48,721 nucleotides of DNA from Gammaproteobacteria bacterium (GCA_046566765.1 JBKHWA010000009.1:1-48721); one strand, 5' to 3'. Positions 12,271-23,506 are shown, counted from the stretch's first letter. Notes: generated by a model from the letters alone, not told the origin. A program made the numbers and translations.

Positions 12271-13819
12271 GTTGCACCTGTTCCGTTTGTGGCTGCGCCG
12301 ACGATCCCGCGGTGCCGGTGGCGGTTTCCGCGAGGTAACTGTCCATGTCGAACTTCGCCAGCATCCGTTGCATGGTGTTGGTGCTCCACGGGAAGCCGAT
12401 GCTGTTCCTGCCGTTGCTGTCGATGTAGTAGCTGGAGCAGCCGCCGACATTCCAGACCGTGCCGGCGAGGTCGCGCTGCACCTTCTCGTTCCACTGGTCC
12501 TGCGCGTCGCGCCGGACTTCCAGCCGGGTCACGCCGTCGCGTCTCGCCGTGCGCAGCGCGTCCATGATGTAGGCCAGTTGCGATTCGATCACCACGAACG
12601 CCGAGTTGTTGCCGATCGCGAGGTTCGGCCCCAGTACCAGGAACAGGTTGGGGAAGCCGGCGATGGTCGTGCCGCGGTAAGCCTCCGGGCTGCCGGCCCA
12701 GGTGGCTGCCAGCGTGCGGCCGTCGGCGCCGCGCACCGCGTTGGCGATCGGCGGGTCCGACACGTGGAAGCCGGTACCGAGCACGATGGTATCCACCTCG
12801 CGCTCGCTGCCGTCCTGGCCGATCAGCGTGCGGCCGCGCAGTGCCTTCACGCCGGTGGCCAGTACCTCGACGTTCGGCTGGTTCAGCGCCGGGTAGTAGT
12901 TGCTGGACAGCAGCACGCGCTTGCAGCCGAGCACGTAGTCCGGCGTGAGCTTCGCGCGCAGCACCGGGTCCTTCACCTGCCGGCGCAGGTGCGCTTCCGC
13001 CAGTTTCTGCGCCTGCTTCAGCAGCGCCGGGTTGCGGAAGCCGAGGCCAAAGACCTCGAAGCTGTTGTACATCGCCGCGCGCACCGCGTCGGTGGCGAAC
13101 GGCAGGCCGAGCAGTTTCTGCGACAGCGTCGGCACCGCGCCGTCCGGCTTCGGCAGGATCCACTGCGGCGTGCGCTGGAACAGGTACAGGCTTTTCACCA
13201 GCGGCTGGATTTCCGGCACGAACTGGATCGCCGACGCGCCGGTGCCGATCACTGCCACCCGTTCGTTGCGCAGGTCGTGGTCGTGCGCCCAGCGCGAGGA
13301 ATGGAAAACGGTGCCGGGAAACTCCGCGAGACCGGGCAGGTTGGGCATTTGCGGCTCGTGCAGGTATCCGCAGCAGGAAATGACGAAGCGGGCGTGGTAG
13401 ACGCCGCGCGGCGTACGCACTACCCAGCGTCGCTGCGACTCGTCCCAGTGCGATTCTTCCGCCGGTTCGTTGTAGCGGATGAAATCGTTGACGCTGAACC
13501 GGGCGACGGTGTCATTGATGTACTCGAGGATCTCCGGCTGTGCGGCGAACACCCGGCTCCAGTCCGGCTTTTGCGCGAACGAGTAGGAGTAGAGCGCCGA
13601 CGGCACGTCGCAGGCGCAGCCCGGGTAGGTGTTGTCGCGCCAGGTGCCGCCGGGGGCGGCGGCTTTTTCCACCACCAGGAAATTGGTGATGCCACTGTCG
13701 AGCAGGCGGATGGCGGCGCCGATGCCGCTGAAGCCGGCGCCGAGTACCAGCACGTCGACCTGGGTGGGGACCACCACGGTTGCCGTCGCCTGCCGTTTTT
13801 TCGAGGACATGCCGATCAT
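12263..13819 (-). CDS. Type I Baeyer-Villiger / flavin-containing monooxygenase
   Basis: GAGFSG, GGTWRDNTYPGCACDVPS, fingerprint FPGTVFHSSRW, VIGTGASAIQ, GCKRVL. Confidence 0.9.
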   Translation of the reverse strand: MIGMSSKKRQATATVVVPTQVDVLVLGAGFSGIGAAIRLLDSGITNFLVVEKAAAPGGTWRDNTYPGCACDVPSALYSYSFAQKPDWSRVFAAQPEILEYINDTVARFSVNDFIRYNEPAEESHWDESQRRWVVRTPRGVYHARFVISCCGYLHEPQMPNLPGLAEFPGTVFHSSRWAHDHDLRNERVAVIGTGASAIQFVPEIQPLVKSLYLFQRTPQWILPKPDGAVPTLSQKLLGLPFATDAVRAAMYNSFEVFGLGFRNPALLKQAQKLAEAHLRRQVKDPVLRAKLTPDYVLGCKRVLLSSNYYPALNQPNVEVLATGVKALRGRTLIGQDGSEREVDTIVLGTGFHVSDPPIANAVRGADGRTLAATWAGSPEAYRGTTIAGFPNLFLVLGPNLAIGNNSAFVVIESQLAYIMDALRTARRDGVTRLEVRRDAQDQWNEKVQRDLAGTVWNVGGCSSYYIDSNGRNSIGFPWSTNTMQRMLAKFDMDSYLAETATGTAGSSAQPQTEQVQHA

Positions 13820-14745
13820 GGTTTTTTCTCCGCGCGTGCAACCGGTTGGCGGGGCCTGGGTGTTTTTGCGGTGACCCGTGCCGCGGCCTTCGGGGCGGCG
13901 CCCCGGGCCAGCGCGGCGAGGCGCTGGTCGTAGCCGGCGCGGGCCTTGAGGTCGAGGTCGTCGAGGATACGCCGGTCCTGGATCAGTTCGCGCACGCCGC
14001 GCAGCAGCCAGCGCGGTGCCAGCCCGTACAGCGCCGGCATCGGCGAGAGATAGCGGGGGACGATCACTTCCGGCACCGGCTCGTCCAGCGCGGCGACGAT
14101 TGCGGCGGCGACTTCCTCCGGCGATACGGTCGGCAAGCCGCTGCCGGCAGTGGTGCCGGCGACCAGCTCGGTCGATACCCGCGACGGCATCACCGTCGAG
14201 AAATCGACGCCGCTGTCGCGGTATTCCTCGCGCAGCGTCTCGGTAAAGCCGACCACCGCGTACTTGGTGGCGCAGTAGACGGCGGCGCCGGGAATCGCGA
14301 AGCGGCCGGCCAGCGAGGCGACGTTGACGATGTGGCCGCTGCCACGCTGCAGCATCCCGGGCAGCGCCAGTTTCGTGCCGTGGATGACGCCGCGCAGGTT
14401 GATGTCGATCTGCGCCTCGCTGATCGCGTCGTCCTCGTCGGTGAACGGGCCCATCGGCATGATGCCGGCGTTGTTGACCAGCACGTCGAGCGGGCCGAGT
14501 TCACGTTGGGCGGTGGCGAGGAAGGCGGCGAACGATGCGCGGTCGCGCACGTCCAGCTGGCCGCCGTAGTGCCGCCCCTGGCGCCCGCCGAGGCCGGCCG
14601 CGGCGCGCTCCGCCAGTGCGGTGTCGATGTCGCCGATCGCCACGCGGGCGCCGCGGGCGGCCAGCGCGCGGGCGGTTTCCAGCCCGATGCCGCGTCCGCC
14701 GCCGGTGATGGCGACAACGGCACCGTCGAGATCCTGTACTGCCAT
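13816..14745 (-). CDS. Short-chain dehydrogenase/reductase
   Basis: ITGGGRGIG, LVNNAGIMP, VASLAG, YCATK catalytic motif. Confidence 0.92.
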   Translation of the reverse strand: MAVQDLDGAVVAITGGGRGIGLETARALAARGARVAIGDIDTALAERAAAGLGGRQGRHYGGQLDVRDRASFAAFLATAQRELGPLDVLVNNAGIMPMGPFTDEDDAISEAQIDINLRGVIHGTKLALPGMLQRGSGHIVNVASLAGRFAIPGAAVYCATKYAVVGFTETLREEYRDSGVDFSTVMPSRVSTELVAGTTAGSGLPTVSPEEVAAAIVAALDEPVPEVIVPRYLSPMPALYGLAPRWLLRGVRELIQDRRILDDLDLKARAGYDQRLAALARGAAPKAAARVTAKTPRPRQPVARAEKKP

Positions 14746-14933
14746 GCGTCCTCCGGGGACCTTGCTGATCACACGCCGGGCAGTCTGCGGCGCCGCCCGT
14801 CCCGGACGTTAGCCGCCACGGCACCGGGACGCATATCATTACGGGCCACAGCAAGGCGGCCTGGATGAAGGCGGCCGACATGAAAGGCGGCATGGACGCC
14901 GGAATCCCGCCACCGCAGGCCCCGACCCGGACC

Positions 14934-15971
14934 ATGACCGCACCGTCCTACCTGACCCGTCCCACCATTGCCATCGCCTACCTGCAGTTGCTGGTGGAAA
15001 TGATGGGTGAGCGCGGCATCGCCCCGGCGACGCTGCTGGCCGGCATGCCGATGAACCCGGCGCTGCTCGGGCAGCCGGAAGCGCGCATGTCGGCGCAGCA
15101 GTGGACGCGGGTGTTGCTGCGCGCGCTGGAGCTCACCGGCGATCGCGGGCTCGGTTACGAGTACGGCCTGCGCATGCGGCCGACCGTGCACGGCGTGCTC
15201 GGCTACGCCACCCTGAGTTGCACCACCATGCGCCAGGCGCTGGAGATTTCCGCGCGCTACGCCCGCGTGCGGCAGGCGCACTTCAGCATGCACCTGGTCG
15301 AGGGCGGCGACCGCTGCCGGCTGGAGGTCCGCGAGAAGTTCCCGATCCCGGTGCTGCGCAGTTTCTTCTACGAAAACATGCTGCTCGGCCTGGCGCGCGG
15401 CCACGCGGTGCTGCTCGGTCGCGACCTGCGGGATTTCACCGAACTGGAAATCTGGTTCGACTGGCCGGAGCCGGACTATCACCGCGCGCTGGCCGATCGC
15501 CTGCCCGCCATCCGCTTCTCGCAACCGGTGAATGCGCTGTGTTTTCCGCCGGGTTACCTCGATTTGCGGCCGGTACTGGCCGACCCGCACGCCTCGCAGC
15601 AGGCGATCGCGCTGTGTGAGCGGGAGCTGGCGCTGGCCGCCGGCCAGGAGGCCGACATCACGGCGCGGGTGCGTGCCGAGCTGGTGCCGGCAAAACATGG
15701 CGGCTATCCGCAACTCGACGACGTCGCCGCGCGGCTGGCGATGTCCGGCCGCACACTGAAACGGAAACTCCAGCAGAGCGGGGCCTCGTTCCTGTTGATG
15801 CTGGAAGAGGCGCGTCGTCGCGATGCGCACGAGCTGCTGGCACACACCGACCTGCCGATACAGCAGATCGCCGCCCGCCTCGGTTACCTCAACCCGGCGA
15901 ATTTCTCGCGCGCCTTCAGCCAGTGGACCGGCGAATCGCCGACGCAATACCGCGCGCGGATGCGCGCATAA
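14934..15971 (+). CDS. AraC-family regulator (OruR/Arabinose_bd_2-type N-domain), divergent from the SDR-BVMO-patatin operon
   Basis: HGVLGYATLSC.T, C-terminal VAARLAMSGRTLKRKL..IAARLGY..NFSRAF..WTGESP; start could also be 14865-14892. Confidence 0.9.
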   Translation: MTAPSYLTRPTIAIAYLQLLVEMMGERGIAPATLLAGMPMNPALLGQPEARMSAQQWTRVLLRALELTGDRGLGYEYGLRMRPTVHGVLGYATLSCTTMRQALEISARYARVRQAHFSMHLVEGGDRCRLEVREKFPIPVLRSFFYENMLLGLARGHAVLLGRDLRDFTELEIWFDWPEPDYHRALADRLPAIRFSQPVNALCFPPGYLDLRPVLADPHASQQAIALCERELALAAGQEADITARVRAELVPAKHGGYPQLDDVAARLAMSGRTLKRKLQQSGASFLLMLEEARRRDAHELLAHTDLPIQQIAARLGYLNPANFSRAFSQWTGESPTQYRARMRA

Positions 15972-16024
15972 AAAAGAGCCGCGCGCGGATGTGCGCATAA
16001 AGAAGGTACGGCGCGCGGATGCGC
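15952..16024 (+). repeat. Three imperfect direct repeats (period 29-30 bp) of the AraC 3' end
   Basis: GCGCGCGGATGCGCGCATAAAAAAG (15952), GCGCGCGGATGTGCGCATAAAGAAG (15981), GCGCGCGGATGCGC (16011). Confidence 0.8.
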
Positions 16025-16033
16025 CGGCAGAAA

Positions 16034-17233
16034 TCAGCCCGCTCGCCTGCCGCCCTTGTACGCAGCGGCCTCGTTGGTCTGCACCTTGTAGCCGTAGGCC
16101 TTGCGGCGCTCGTTCTTCGCCAGTTCCCGGCGATAGGCGATGACGCCGGCGCGATACAGCAGGCGCTCGCCGCCCGGCACGTACCGGTGGGTGATCCAGA
16201 ACGCGCGGCCCAGGCCGCGGAACAGCCGGATCCCCCAGTACTCGCCCGCATCCTCGATCTTCATGCCGGTGACGTAGTCGTTGCCGGAGAGATAGCGGGT
16301 GACCTGGTGCAGGAATTTCCGGGCGACCGGGTAGGGGATCTTCGCCTGCCGGTGGGCGGTGGCCGCCACTTCGTCGAGGATGCACTTGGTCTGCTCGGTG
16401 AGTTTCTCCGGCTTCGCCTGGTGCCTGAGGCTGGCCAGGAAAAACGCCTGCTGTTCCTCGATCGACTTCGGCAGCAGTTGTTCATCAATGCCGAGCACGT
16501 GGCCGGCATAGCGCCACAGCAGGATGAAACTGTCGATTTCGTCGCGCTCCAGCCGGATACCCAGTTGCAGCAACGAGCGGATGTTGAGATAGCCGAACAG
16601 CCCGAGCGTGATCGCGAGGTCCTGCTGGTTGATCGGCACCTCGCTCGGGTGCTGGAAGCGGCCGGAATCGACCAGGAAGCGACGGATCGCGCTGTGCAGC
16701 AGCCGGACCCGCGCCAGCACCTCGTGCGACTTGCCGCCCGGCTCGATCTCGCCCCTGAACGCCATGCGGGTGACCATCGCCGTGGTCTCGGTCAGCCGCT
16801 GCGTCGCGCTGCCGGACAGCATGCCGGTCATTGCCGTTACCATCGCCATCTTCTGGAACACCGCGCCGCCGACCAGCGAGCCGGCGAACAACGAGATGCC
16901 CATGAACGGCGCGTAACTGGCGAGGATGCGCTGGCCCTTTTCCATCGCCGCGAAGTCGGCCCAGTCCGGCACGGTATTGCAGTGCTGCATGAAGGCGACG
17001 CAATCGGCATCGCCGCGCGCGGCCTTTTCACGCACGGTGCCGAGCAGGTCGTGCATGTTTTTCAGCGAGCCTTCGGCAGCCAGCGCGCCGACGACGCGAT
17101 CGGCCAGCGGGTCGCCGACGGTGCGCCATTGCTGCAGCGCGTCCTCGGTATAGGGCGCGAGGTACTGCAGTTCACGGAAGCGTGGCGTCACGTGCAGCGG
17201 CGGCAGCTTCGACAGGTCGAGGGCGGCGGTCAT
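16034..17233 (-). CDS. MpaB/Lcp-like (DUF2236) haem oxygenase family protein
   Basis: GDPLAD, VPDWADF, RLTET, RVRLLHSAIR (haem His), PINQQDL..T, LWRYAGHVLGI; no signal peptide seen. Confidence 0.8.
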   Translation of the reverse strand: MTAALDLSKLPPLHVTPRFRELQYLAPYTEDALQQWRTVGDPLADRVVGALAAEGSLKNMHDLLGTVREKAARGDADCVAFMQHCNTVPDWADFAAMEKGQRILASYAPFMGISLFAGSLVGGAVFQKMAMVTAMTGMLSGSATQRLTETTAMVTRMAFRGEIEPGGKSHEVLARVRLLHSAIRRFLVDSGRFQHPSEVPINQQDLAITLGLFGYLNIRSLLQLGIRLERDEIDSFILLWRYAGHVLGIDEQLLPKSIEEQQAFFLASLRHQAKPEKLTEQTKCILDEVAATAHRQAKIPYPVARKFLHQVTRYLSGNDYVTGMKIEDAGEYWGIRLFRGLGRAFWITHRYVPGGERLLYRAGVIAYRRELAKNERRKAYGYKVQTNEAAAYKGGRRAG

Positions 17234-17337
17234 GGGCGGGTCTCCGGCGCGCCGGACAACGGCGGGAACGCGATCGCCCGGGAGTATACGGGCGCCGCCG
17301 GGGCGAGGGCCCCGGCATGACGGATGGCGGCGGGGGC

Positions 17338-17793
17338 CTAGGCCAGCGCGCGCGCGGTGTCCTGGATGCGCTTCACCATCGCGCGCAGGCCGTTGCCGCG
17401 GGTCTGGCTCAGGTTGCGGGCGAGATCGAGCCGGGCGAAGAAACCCTCGATGTCGAACGCGAGGATGTCGGCCGGCGACTTGCCGTTGTAGGCGGCGAGC
17501 ACGATGGCGGCGAGGCCCTTGACGATGACGGCGTCGGAGTCGATGCCCAGCCACAGCCGTTTCGCGTCCGGGTCGTAGCGGGTTTCCAGCCACACCTGGC
17601 TCTGGCAGCCGCGTACGATGCGGGCGTCCGTTTTCAGCGCATCCGGCATCGGCGTGATCTTGCGGCCGAGCTCGATGATGTAGGCGTAGCGCGATTCCCA
17701 GTCGTCGAGGAACTCCAGCGACTCGAGGATCACCTCGGTGGTGATGCTGTCGCCGAACGGCTGCGCGGCGAGGTCGTAGGCCGGTGCGGTCAC
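17338..17793 (-). CDS. sufE: SufE-family sulfur acceptor
   Basis: DDWESRYAYIIELG, VRGCQSQVWL, DSDAVIVKGL, LSQTRGNGL; GTG start overlapping sufT stop. Confidence 0.92.
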   Translation of the reverse strand: MTAPAYDLAAQPFGDSITTEVILESLEFLDDWESRYAYIIELGRKITPMPDALKTDARIVRGCQSQVWLETRYDPDAKRLWLGIDSDAVIVKGLAAIVLAAYNGKSPADILAFDIEGFFARLDLARNLSQTRGNGLRAMVKRIQDTARALA

Positions 17794-18338
17794 AGCGGCA
17801 GGCCCAGTTCGAGTTTCACTTCGTCGCTGAGTTCGCTGCGATCCCAGGGCGGATCGAACTCGAGGTCGACTTTCACGTCCTGTACGTTCGGCACCTTGCG
17901 CACGCGGTACTCGACGTCGCCGACCAGCACCGGGCCCATGCCGCAAGTCGGCGCAGTGAGCGTCATGCGGATGCGCACGGTGTTGCCCTCGATCGCGACG
18001 GCGCGCACCAGGTGCAGGTCGACGATGTTCACCGCGATTTCCGGGTCGTAGATGGTGCGCAGCGCCTGCCAGACGTCTTCCTCGCGCACGCGGTTGCCGT
18101 CGGGCGGCGCAAAGTGCAGGTCGAGATCGCTGGTCAGGCCGAGCGCATCGGCATCGGTGCCGTCCACCCGCGCCATGTTGCCCTTCACGGTGACGGTGAA
18201 GGTGCCACCAAGCGCCTGCCGCAGCGTGATGAAACTGTTTTTCGGGATGATGATCGGCGTGCCCACCGGAACCAGCCGGGCCGGGCAGTCGCGGGTAGTG
18301 ACGACGGTGCGTTGTTCGCGGGCGGGCGTGGTGAACAC
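17790..18338 (-). CDS. sufT: Fe-S assembly protein SufT (DUF59/PaaD-like)
   Basis: QALGGTFTV..GNMARVDG.DADALG, YDPEIAVNIVDL, MTLTAPTCGMGPVL, FDPPW. Confidence 0.9.
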   Translation of the reverse strand: MFTTPAREQRTVVTTRDCPARLVPVGTPIIIPKNSFITLRQALGGTFTVTVKGNMARVDGTDADALGLTSDLDLHFAPPDGNRVREEDVWQALRTIYDPEIAVNIVDLHLVRAVAIEGNTVRIRMTLTAPTCGMGPVLVGDVEYRVRKVPNVQDVKVDLEFDPPWDRSELSDEVKLELGLPL

Positions 18339-18357
18339 GGGGCGGGTTCCGGTCAGG

Positions 18358-18711
18358 TCACTTCACGGTGAAGCTTTCGCCGCAACCGCATTCACCGGTC
18401 ACGTTTGGATTGTGGAACTTGTAGAGGCTGTTCAGGCCTTCCTGCACGTAGTCGATCTCGGTGCCATTGACCACCGCCAGCGACTTCGCATCCACGTAAA
18501 GGGTGACGTCGCCGAAGCTGAACTTGCGGTCGTCTCCGCCTTCCTCGCGCACGAAGTCGAGCACGTACATGTAGCCGGAACAGCCGCTGGGCTTTACCGA
18601 CAACCGCAGGCCGAGCGCCTTTTCACGCGCGACCTGTTCGCGGGTGCGGGCAATGGCGGCCGGGGTCATCGATACCGTTTCGCTGCCGGGGACGTAGGTG
18701 CTGACGTTCAT
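18358..18711 (-). CDS. sufA: A-type Fe-S carrier (SufA/IscA, HesB family)
   Basis: SGCSGYMY, GTEIDYVQEGLN, NPN..ECGCGESF. Confidence 0.9.
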   Translation of the reverse strand: MNVSTYVPGSETVSMTPAAIARTREQVAREKALGLRLSVKPSGCSGYMYVLDFVREEGGDDRKFSFGDVTLYVDAKSLAVVNGTEIDYVQEGLNSLYKFHNPNVTGECGCGESFTVK

Positions 18712-18719
18712 GGCTGGCC

Positions 18720-19943
18720 TCACAGGAACTTCCGCGCCTTTTCCAGCGCGACAATGAAGCGCTCGACGTCGTCGAGGTTGTTGTAGACGGAAAACGACGC
18801 GCGCACGGTGCCCGGGATGCCCAGCCGCTGCATTAGCGGCATGGTGCAGTGGTGGCCGGTGCGCACGGCGACACCCTGCTGGTCGAGCAGGGTGCCGATG
18901 TCGTTCGGATGCGCGCCGTCGATGAGGAAGGAAAACACGCCGACCTTGCGGCGGGCGGTGCCGACCGCGCGCAGGCCGGGAATGGCCGCGGCGCGCGCGC
19001 TCACTGCCTGCAGCAGCGAGTCCTCGTGCGCCGCCAGTGCCGCCCGGTCCTGGGCCTGCAGCCAGTCGATGGCGGCACCGAGGCCGATGATGCCGGCAAT
19101 ATGCGGCGTGCCGGCCTCGAACTTGTACGGCAACTGGTTCCAGCTGCTTTGCTCGAAACTCACGGTCTCGATCATTTCGCCGCCGAACTGGAACGGCGGC
19201 ATCGCCTCCAGCAGTTCGCGGCGGCCCCACAGCACGCCGGTGCCGGTCGGCCCGAACAGCTTGTGGCCGGAAAACACGTAGAAGTCGCAGCCCAGCGCCT
19301 GCACGTCGACCGCGAAGTGGGAAACGGCCTGTGCGCCGTCGAGCAGCACCAGCGCGCCAACGGTCTTCGCGGCGGCGACGATGTCCGTCACCGGGTTTAC
19401 CGTGCCGAGCGCATTGGAGACGTGCGCGCAGGCCACCAGCCGGGTACGCGGCCCGAGCAGCGCGCGGTACGCATCAAGATCGAGTTCGCCGGCGTCGTTG
19501 ATCGGGATGACCCGCAGTTTCGCGCCGGCGACTAGGCAGGCCTGCTGCCAGGGGACGAGGTTGGCGTGGTGTTCCAGTGCAGAGATCACCACCTCGTCGC
19601 CGGCGCGCAGGAAATTGCGCGCCCAGCTGTACGCCACCAGGTTGATCGACTCGGTGGTGCCGCGGGTAAACACGATTTCCGCGGTCTCGCGGGCGTTGAC
19701 CAGGCCGCGCACGGACTCGCGCGCCTGCTCCATCACCTGCGTCGCGCGATCGGCCAGCGCGTGCGCGCCGCGATGCACGTTGCTGTTGTATTCGCGGTAA
19801 TAGCGGTCGATCGCCTCGATGACCGCCAGCGGCTTCTGCGTGGTGGCCGCGTTGTCGAGGTAGACCAGCGGCTTGTCGTTCACCTGCTGGCCGAGCAGCG
19901 GGAACTGGGCGCGCAGTGCGGCGACATCGAGGCGGGGGTTCAT
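18720..19943 (-). CDS. sufS: SufS-type (group II) cysteine desulfurase
   Basis: LVYLDNAATTQKP, NVHRGAH, FSGHKLFGPTG, KFEAGTP, RTGHHCTMPL. Confidence 0.94.
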   Translation of the reverse strand: MNPRLDVAALRAQFPLLGQQVNDKPLVYLDNAATTQKPLAVIEAIDRYYREYNSNVHRGAHALADRATQVMEQARESVRGLVNARETAEIVFTRGTTESINLVAYSWARNFLRAGDEVVISALEHHANLVPWQQACLVAGAKLRVIPINDAGELDLDAYRALLGPRTRLVACAHVSNALGTVNPVTDIVAAAKTVGALVLLDGAQAVSHFAVDVQALGCDFYVFSGHKLFGPTGTGVLWGRRELLEAMPPFQFGGEMIETVSFEQSSWNQLPYKFEAGTPHIAGIIGLGAAIDWLQAQDRAALAAHEDSLLQAVSARAAAIPGLRAVGTARRKVGVFSFLIDGAHPNDIGTLLDQQGVAVRTGHHCTMPLMQRLGIPGTVRASFSVYNNLDDVERFIVALEKARKFL

Positions 19944-21241
19944 GCCTTCGCACTCCGGCCGCGGCTGGCGAACCAGCGGGCGAACTCGCCGCGCAGCCAG
20001 TCGGCGAGCGCCGGCAGCGGCAGGCTGTCGACCTGCGCGTTGACGAACCCGAGTGCCAGCATGGTCTCGGCGTCCAGCCGGGCGATGCCGCGCGATTGCA
20101 GGTAGAACAGTGCCTTGTCGTTCAGCCGGCCGACGGTGGCGCCGTGCGCGCACTTCACGTCGTCGTTGTAGATCTCGAGTTCTGGCTTGCTGTCGATCTC
20201 GGCGTCCGGCGACAACAACAGGTTGTTGTTCACCAGTTCGGCGCTGGTTTGCTTCGCGCCCGGGTGGATGTGGATGCGGCCATTGAACACCGCGCGGCCG
20301 TCGCCGCCGGCCAGGCCCTTGAACACCTGGTTGCTGCTGCCGTACGGCGATGCGTGTTCGATGCAGACCTGGTTGTCGATGTGCTGGCCACTGCCGGCGA
20401 GGAAGGCACCGTGCAGTTGCAGCTCGCTGCCGCCGGCGGCGAGCTCGCAGCGGATGTCGTTGCGCTTGAGCGTGCCGCCGGTGGTGAACAGCCAGCCGTC
20501 GCAGCGGCTGTCGGCCTGCAGCCGCAGTTGCGCGCTGCCGGTGAAGTAGCCGTCATCGAGCTGGATGCGCGCCCAGTTGAGGCGGGCGCCGCGGCCGAGG
20601 TCGATCGCAGTGGCGGCATTGGTATACACGTGCGCGCCATCGCCGGTGTATTGCTCGACCAGCGTCAGCGCCGATTGCGCGTCCAGTTGCACCAGCAGGC
20701 GCGCCGATGCGGTGGCCGGCTGCTCGCCGCTGGCGTGGAAGATCACGTGCAGCGGTCTTGCCGGCTGGCTGTTTTTCGACACCCGCACGTAGAGGCCGTC
20801 GGCAAAGGTTGCGCTGTTGAAGGCGCTGAACGGCAGCGTGCTGTCGTCGGTGAGCGCCAGCAGGTCGCGCGCTGTGGCCTGCTCGGCGCCGGGCAGGTCG
20901 ACCAGCGAGCCTGCGACCACCGAGCCATCGGCCGGCAACGTCGATTGCGTGGCATCGAAGCGGCCGTTGACGAACACGACGCGGAACGCATCGAGCGCCG
21001 GCGCAGCCGCGGCGGGCACCGTGGCACGGCTGATCGTGGCGCTGCGCGCCAGCGCGCCGGAATTTTCCAGCGCGGTCAGCCGGGTGTACTTCCAGCTCTC
21101 CGACTTGCGGCCCGGGAATTGCACCTGTGCCAGCGCGGTCAACGCGCGCGAGCGCGCATCGGCCAGCCAGGACGGGAAAGTCGCCTGCGCCGCCAGGTCG
21201 CGCGCGCGGACGGGGAGATTGGAAACGGGAAGTTCGGACAT
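19940..21241 (-). CDS. sufD: Fe-S cluster assembly protein SufD
   Basis: ESWKYT, VFNGRI, NNLLLS..AEIDSKPELEIYNDDVKCAHGATVG..LFYLQSRGI. Confidence 0.94.
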   Translation of the reverse strand: MSELPVSNLPVRARDLAAQATFPSWLADARSRALTALAQVQFPGRKSESWKYTRLTALENSGALARSATISRATVPAAAAPALDAFRVVFVNGRFDATQSTLPADGSVVAGSLVDLPGAEQATARDLLALTDDSTLPFSAFNSATFADGLYVRVSKNSQPARPLHVIFHASGEQPATASARLLVQLDAQSALTLVEQYTGDGAHVYTNAATAIDLGRGARLNWARIQLDDGYFTGSAQLRLQADSRCDGWLFTTGGTLKRNDIRCELAAGGSELQLHGAFLAGSGQHIDNQVCIEHASPYGSSNQVFKGLAGGDGRAVFNGRIHIHPGAKQTSAELVNNNLLLSPDAEIDSKPELEIYNDDVKCAHGATVGRLNDKALFYLQSRGIARLDAETMLALGFVNAQVDSLPLPALADWLRGEFARWFASRGRSAKA

Positions 21242-21249
21242 GGTCAGGC

Positions 21250-22002
21250 TCAGGCCCCGGCGGCGTCTTTCAGCCAGCCGTAGCCCTTTTCCTCGAGTTC
21301 CAGCGCCAGTTCCTTGCCACCGGATTTCACGATGCGGCCGCCGGACAGCACGTGGACCTGGTCCGGCACGATGTAGTCGAGCAGGCGCTGGTAGTGGGTG
21401 ACGAGCACGAACGAGCGATCAGCCGCGCGCAGCGAGTTGACCCCCTGGGCGACCACCTGCAATGCGTCGATGTCGAGGCCGGAGTCGGTCTCGTCGAGGA
21501 TGCCGAGCGCGGGTTCCAGCAGCAGCATCTGCATGATCTCGTTGCGCTTCTTCTCGCCGCCGGAGAATCCTTCGTTGACGCCGCGCTTGAGGAACGCGAC
21601 ATCGAGGTTCACCTTCGCGCAGGCTTCGCGCGCCTTTTTCATGAAGGTGACGGTGTCCCATACCTCCTTGCCCTGGGCGCCGCGCACCTGCTCCAGCGAG
21701 GCCTTCAGGAACTCGAGGTTGGAGACACCGGGAATTTCGACCGGGTACTGGAAGGCGAGGAACATGCCCTTGCGCGCGCGTTCTTCCGGCGACAGCGCGA
21801 GGATGTCCTCGCCGCGGAACAGGATTTCGCCGCCGGTGACCTCGTAGCCATCGCGGCCGGACAGCACCGCCGCCAGCGTGCTCTTGCCGGAGCCGTTCGG
21901 GCCCATGATGGCGTGCACCTCGCCGGCGCCGACGGACAGCGTCAGCCCCTTGAGGATTTCCTTGCCCTGGACGTTGGCGTGCAGGTTGCGAATCTCGAGC
22001 AT
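21250..22002 (-). CDS. sufC: Fe-S cluster assembly ATPase SufC
   Basis: GPNGSGKST, LAFQYPVEIPGV, GFSGGEKKRNE, LDETDSGLDIDAL, VTHYQRLL. Confidence 0.97.
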   Translation of the reverse strand: MLEIRNLHANVQGKEILKGLTLSVGAGEVHAIMGPNGSGKSTLAAVLSGRDGYEVTGGEILFRGEDILALSPEERARKGMFLAFQYPVEIPGVSNLEFLKASLEQVRGAQGKEVWDTVTFMKKAREACAKVNLDVAFLKRGVNEGFSGGEKKRNEIMQMLLLEPALGILDETDSGLDIDALQVVAQGVNSLRAADRSFVLVTHYQRLLDYIVPDQVHVLSGGRIVKSGGKELALELEEKGYGWLKDAAGA

Positions 22003-22036
22003 GGTTTTCAGGTTCCGGTGATGATGCCGGCGGCGG

Positions 22037-23506
<1,470 letters not shown>

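Noticed and set aside
15952-16024. Possible mini-CRISPR
   Set aside because: Inter-repeat segments are only a few bases, the repeat derives from coding sequence, and there are no cas genes
17297-17316. 8-bp GC hairpin after sufE as a terminator
   Set aside because: No U-tract on the minus strand; cannot distinguish from chance in GC-rich DNA
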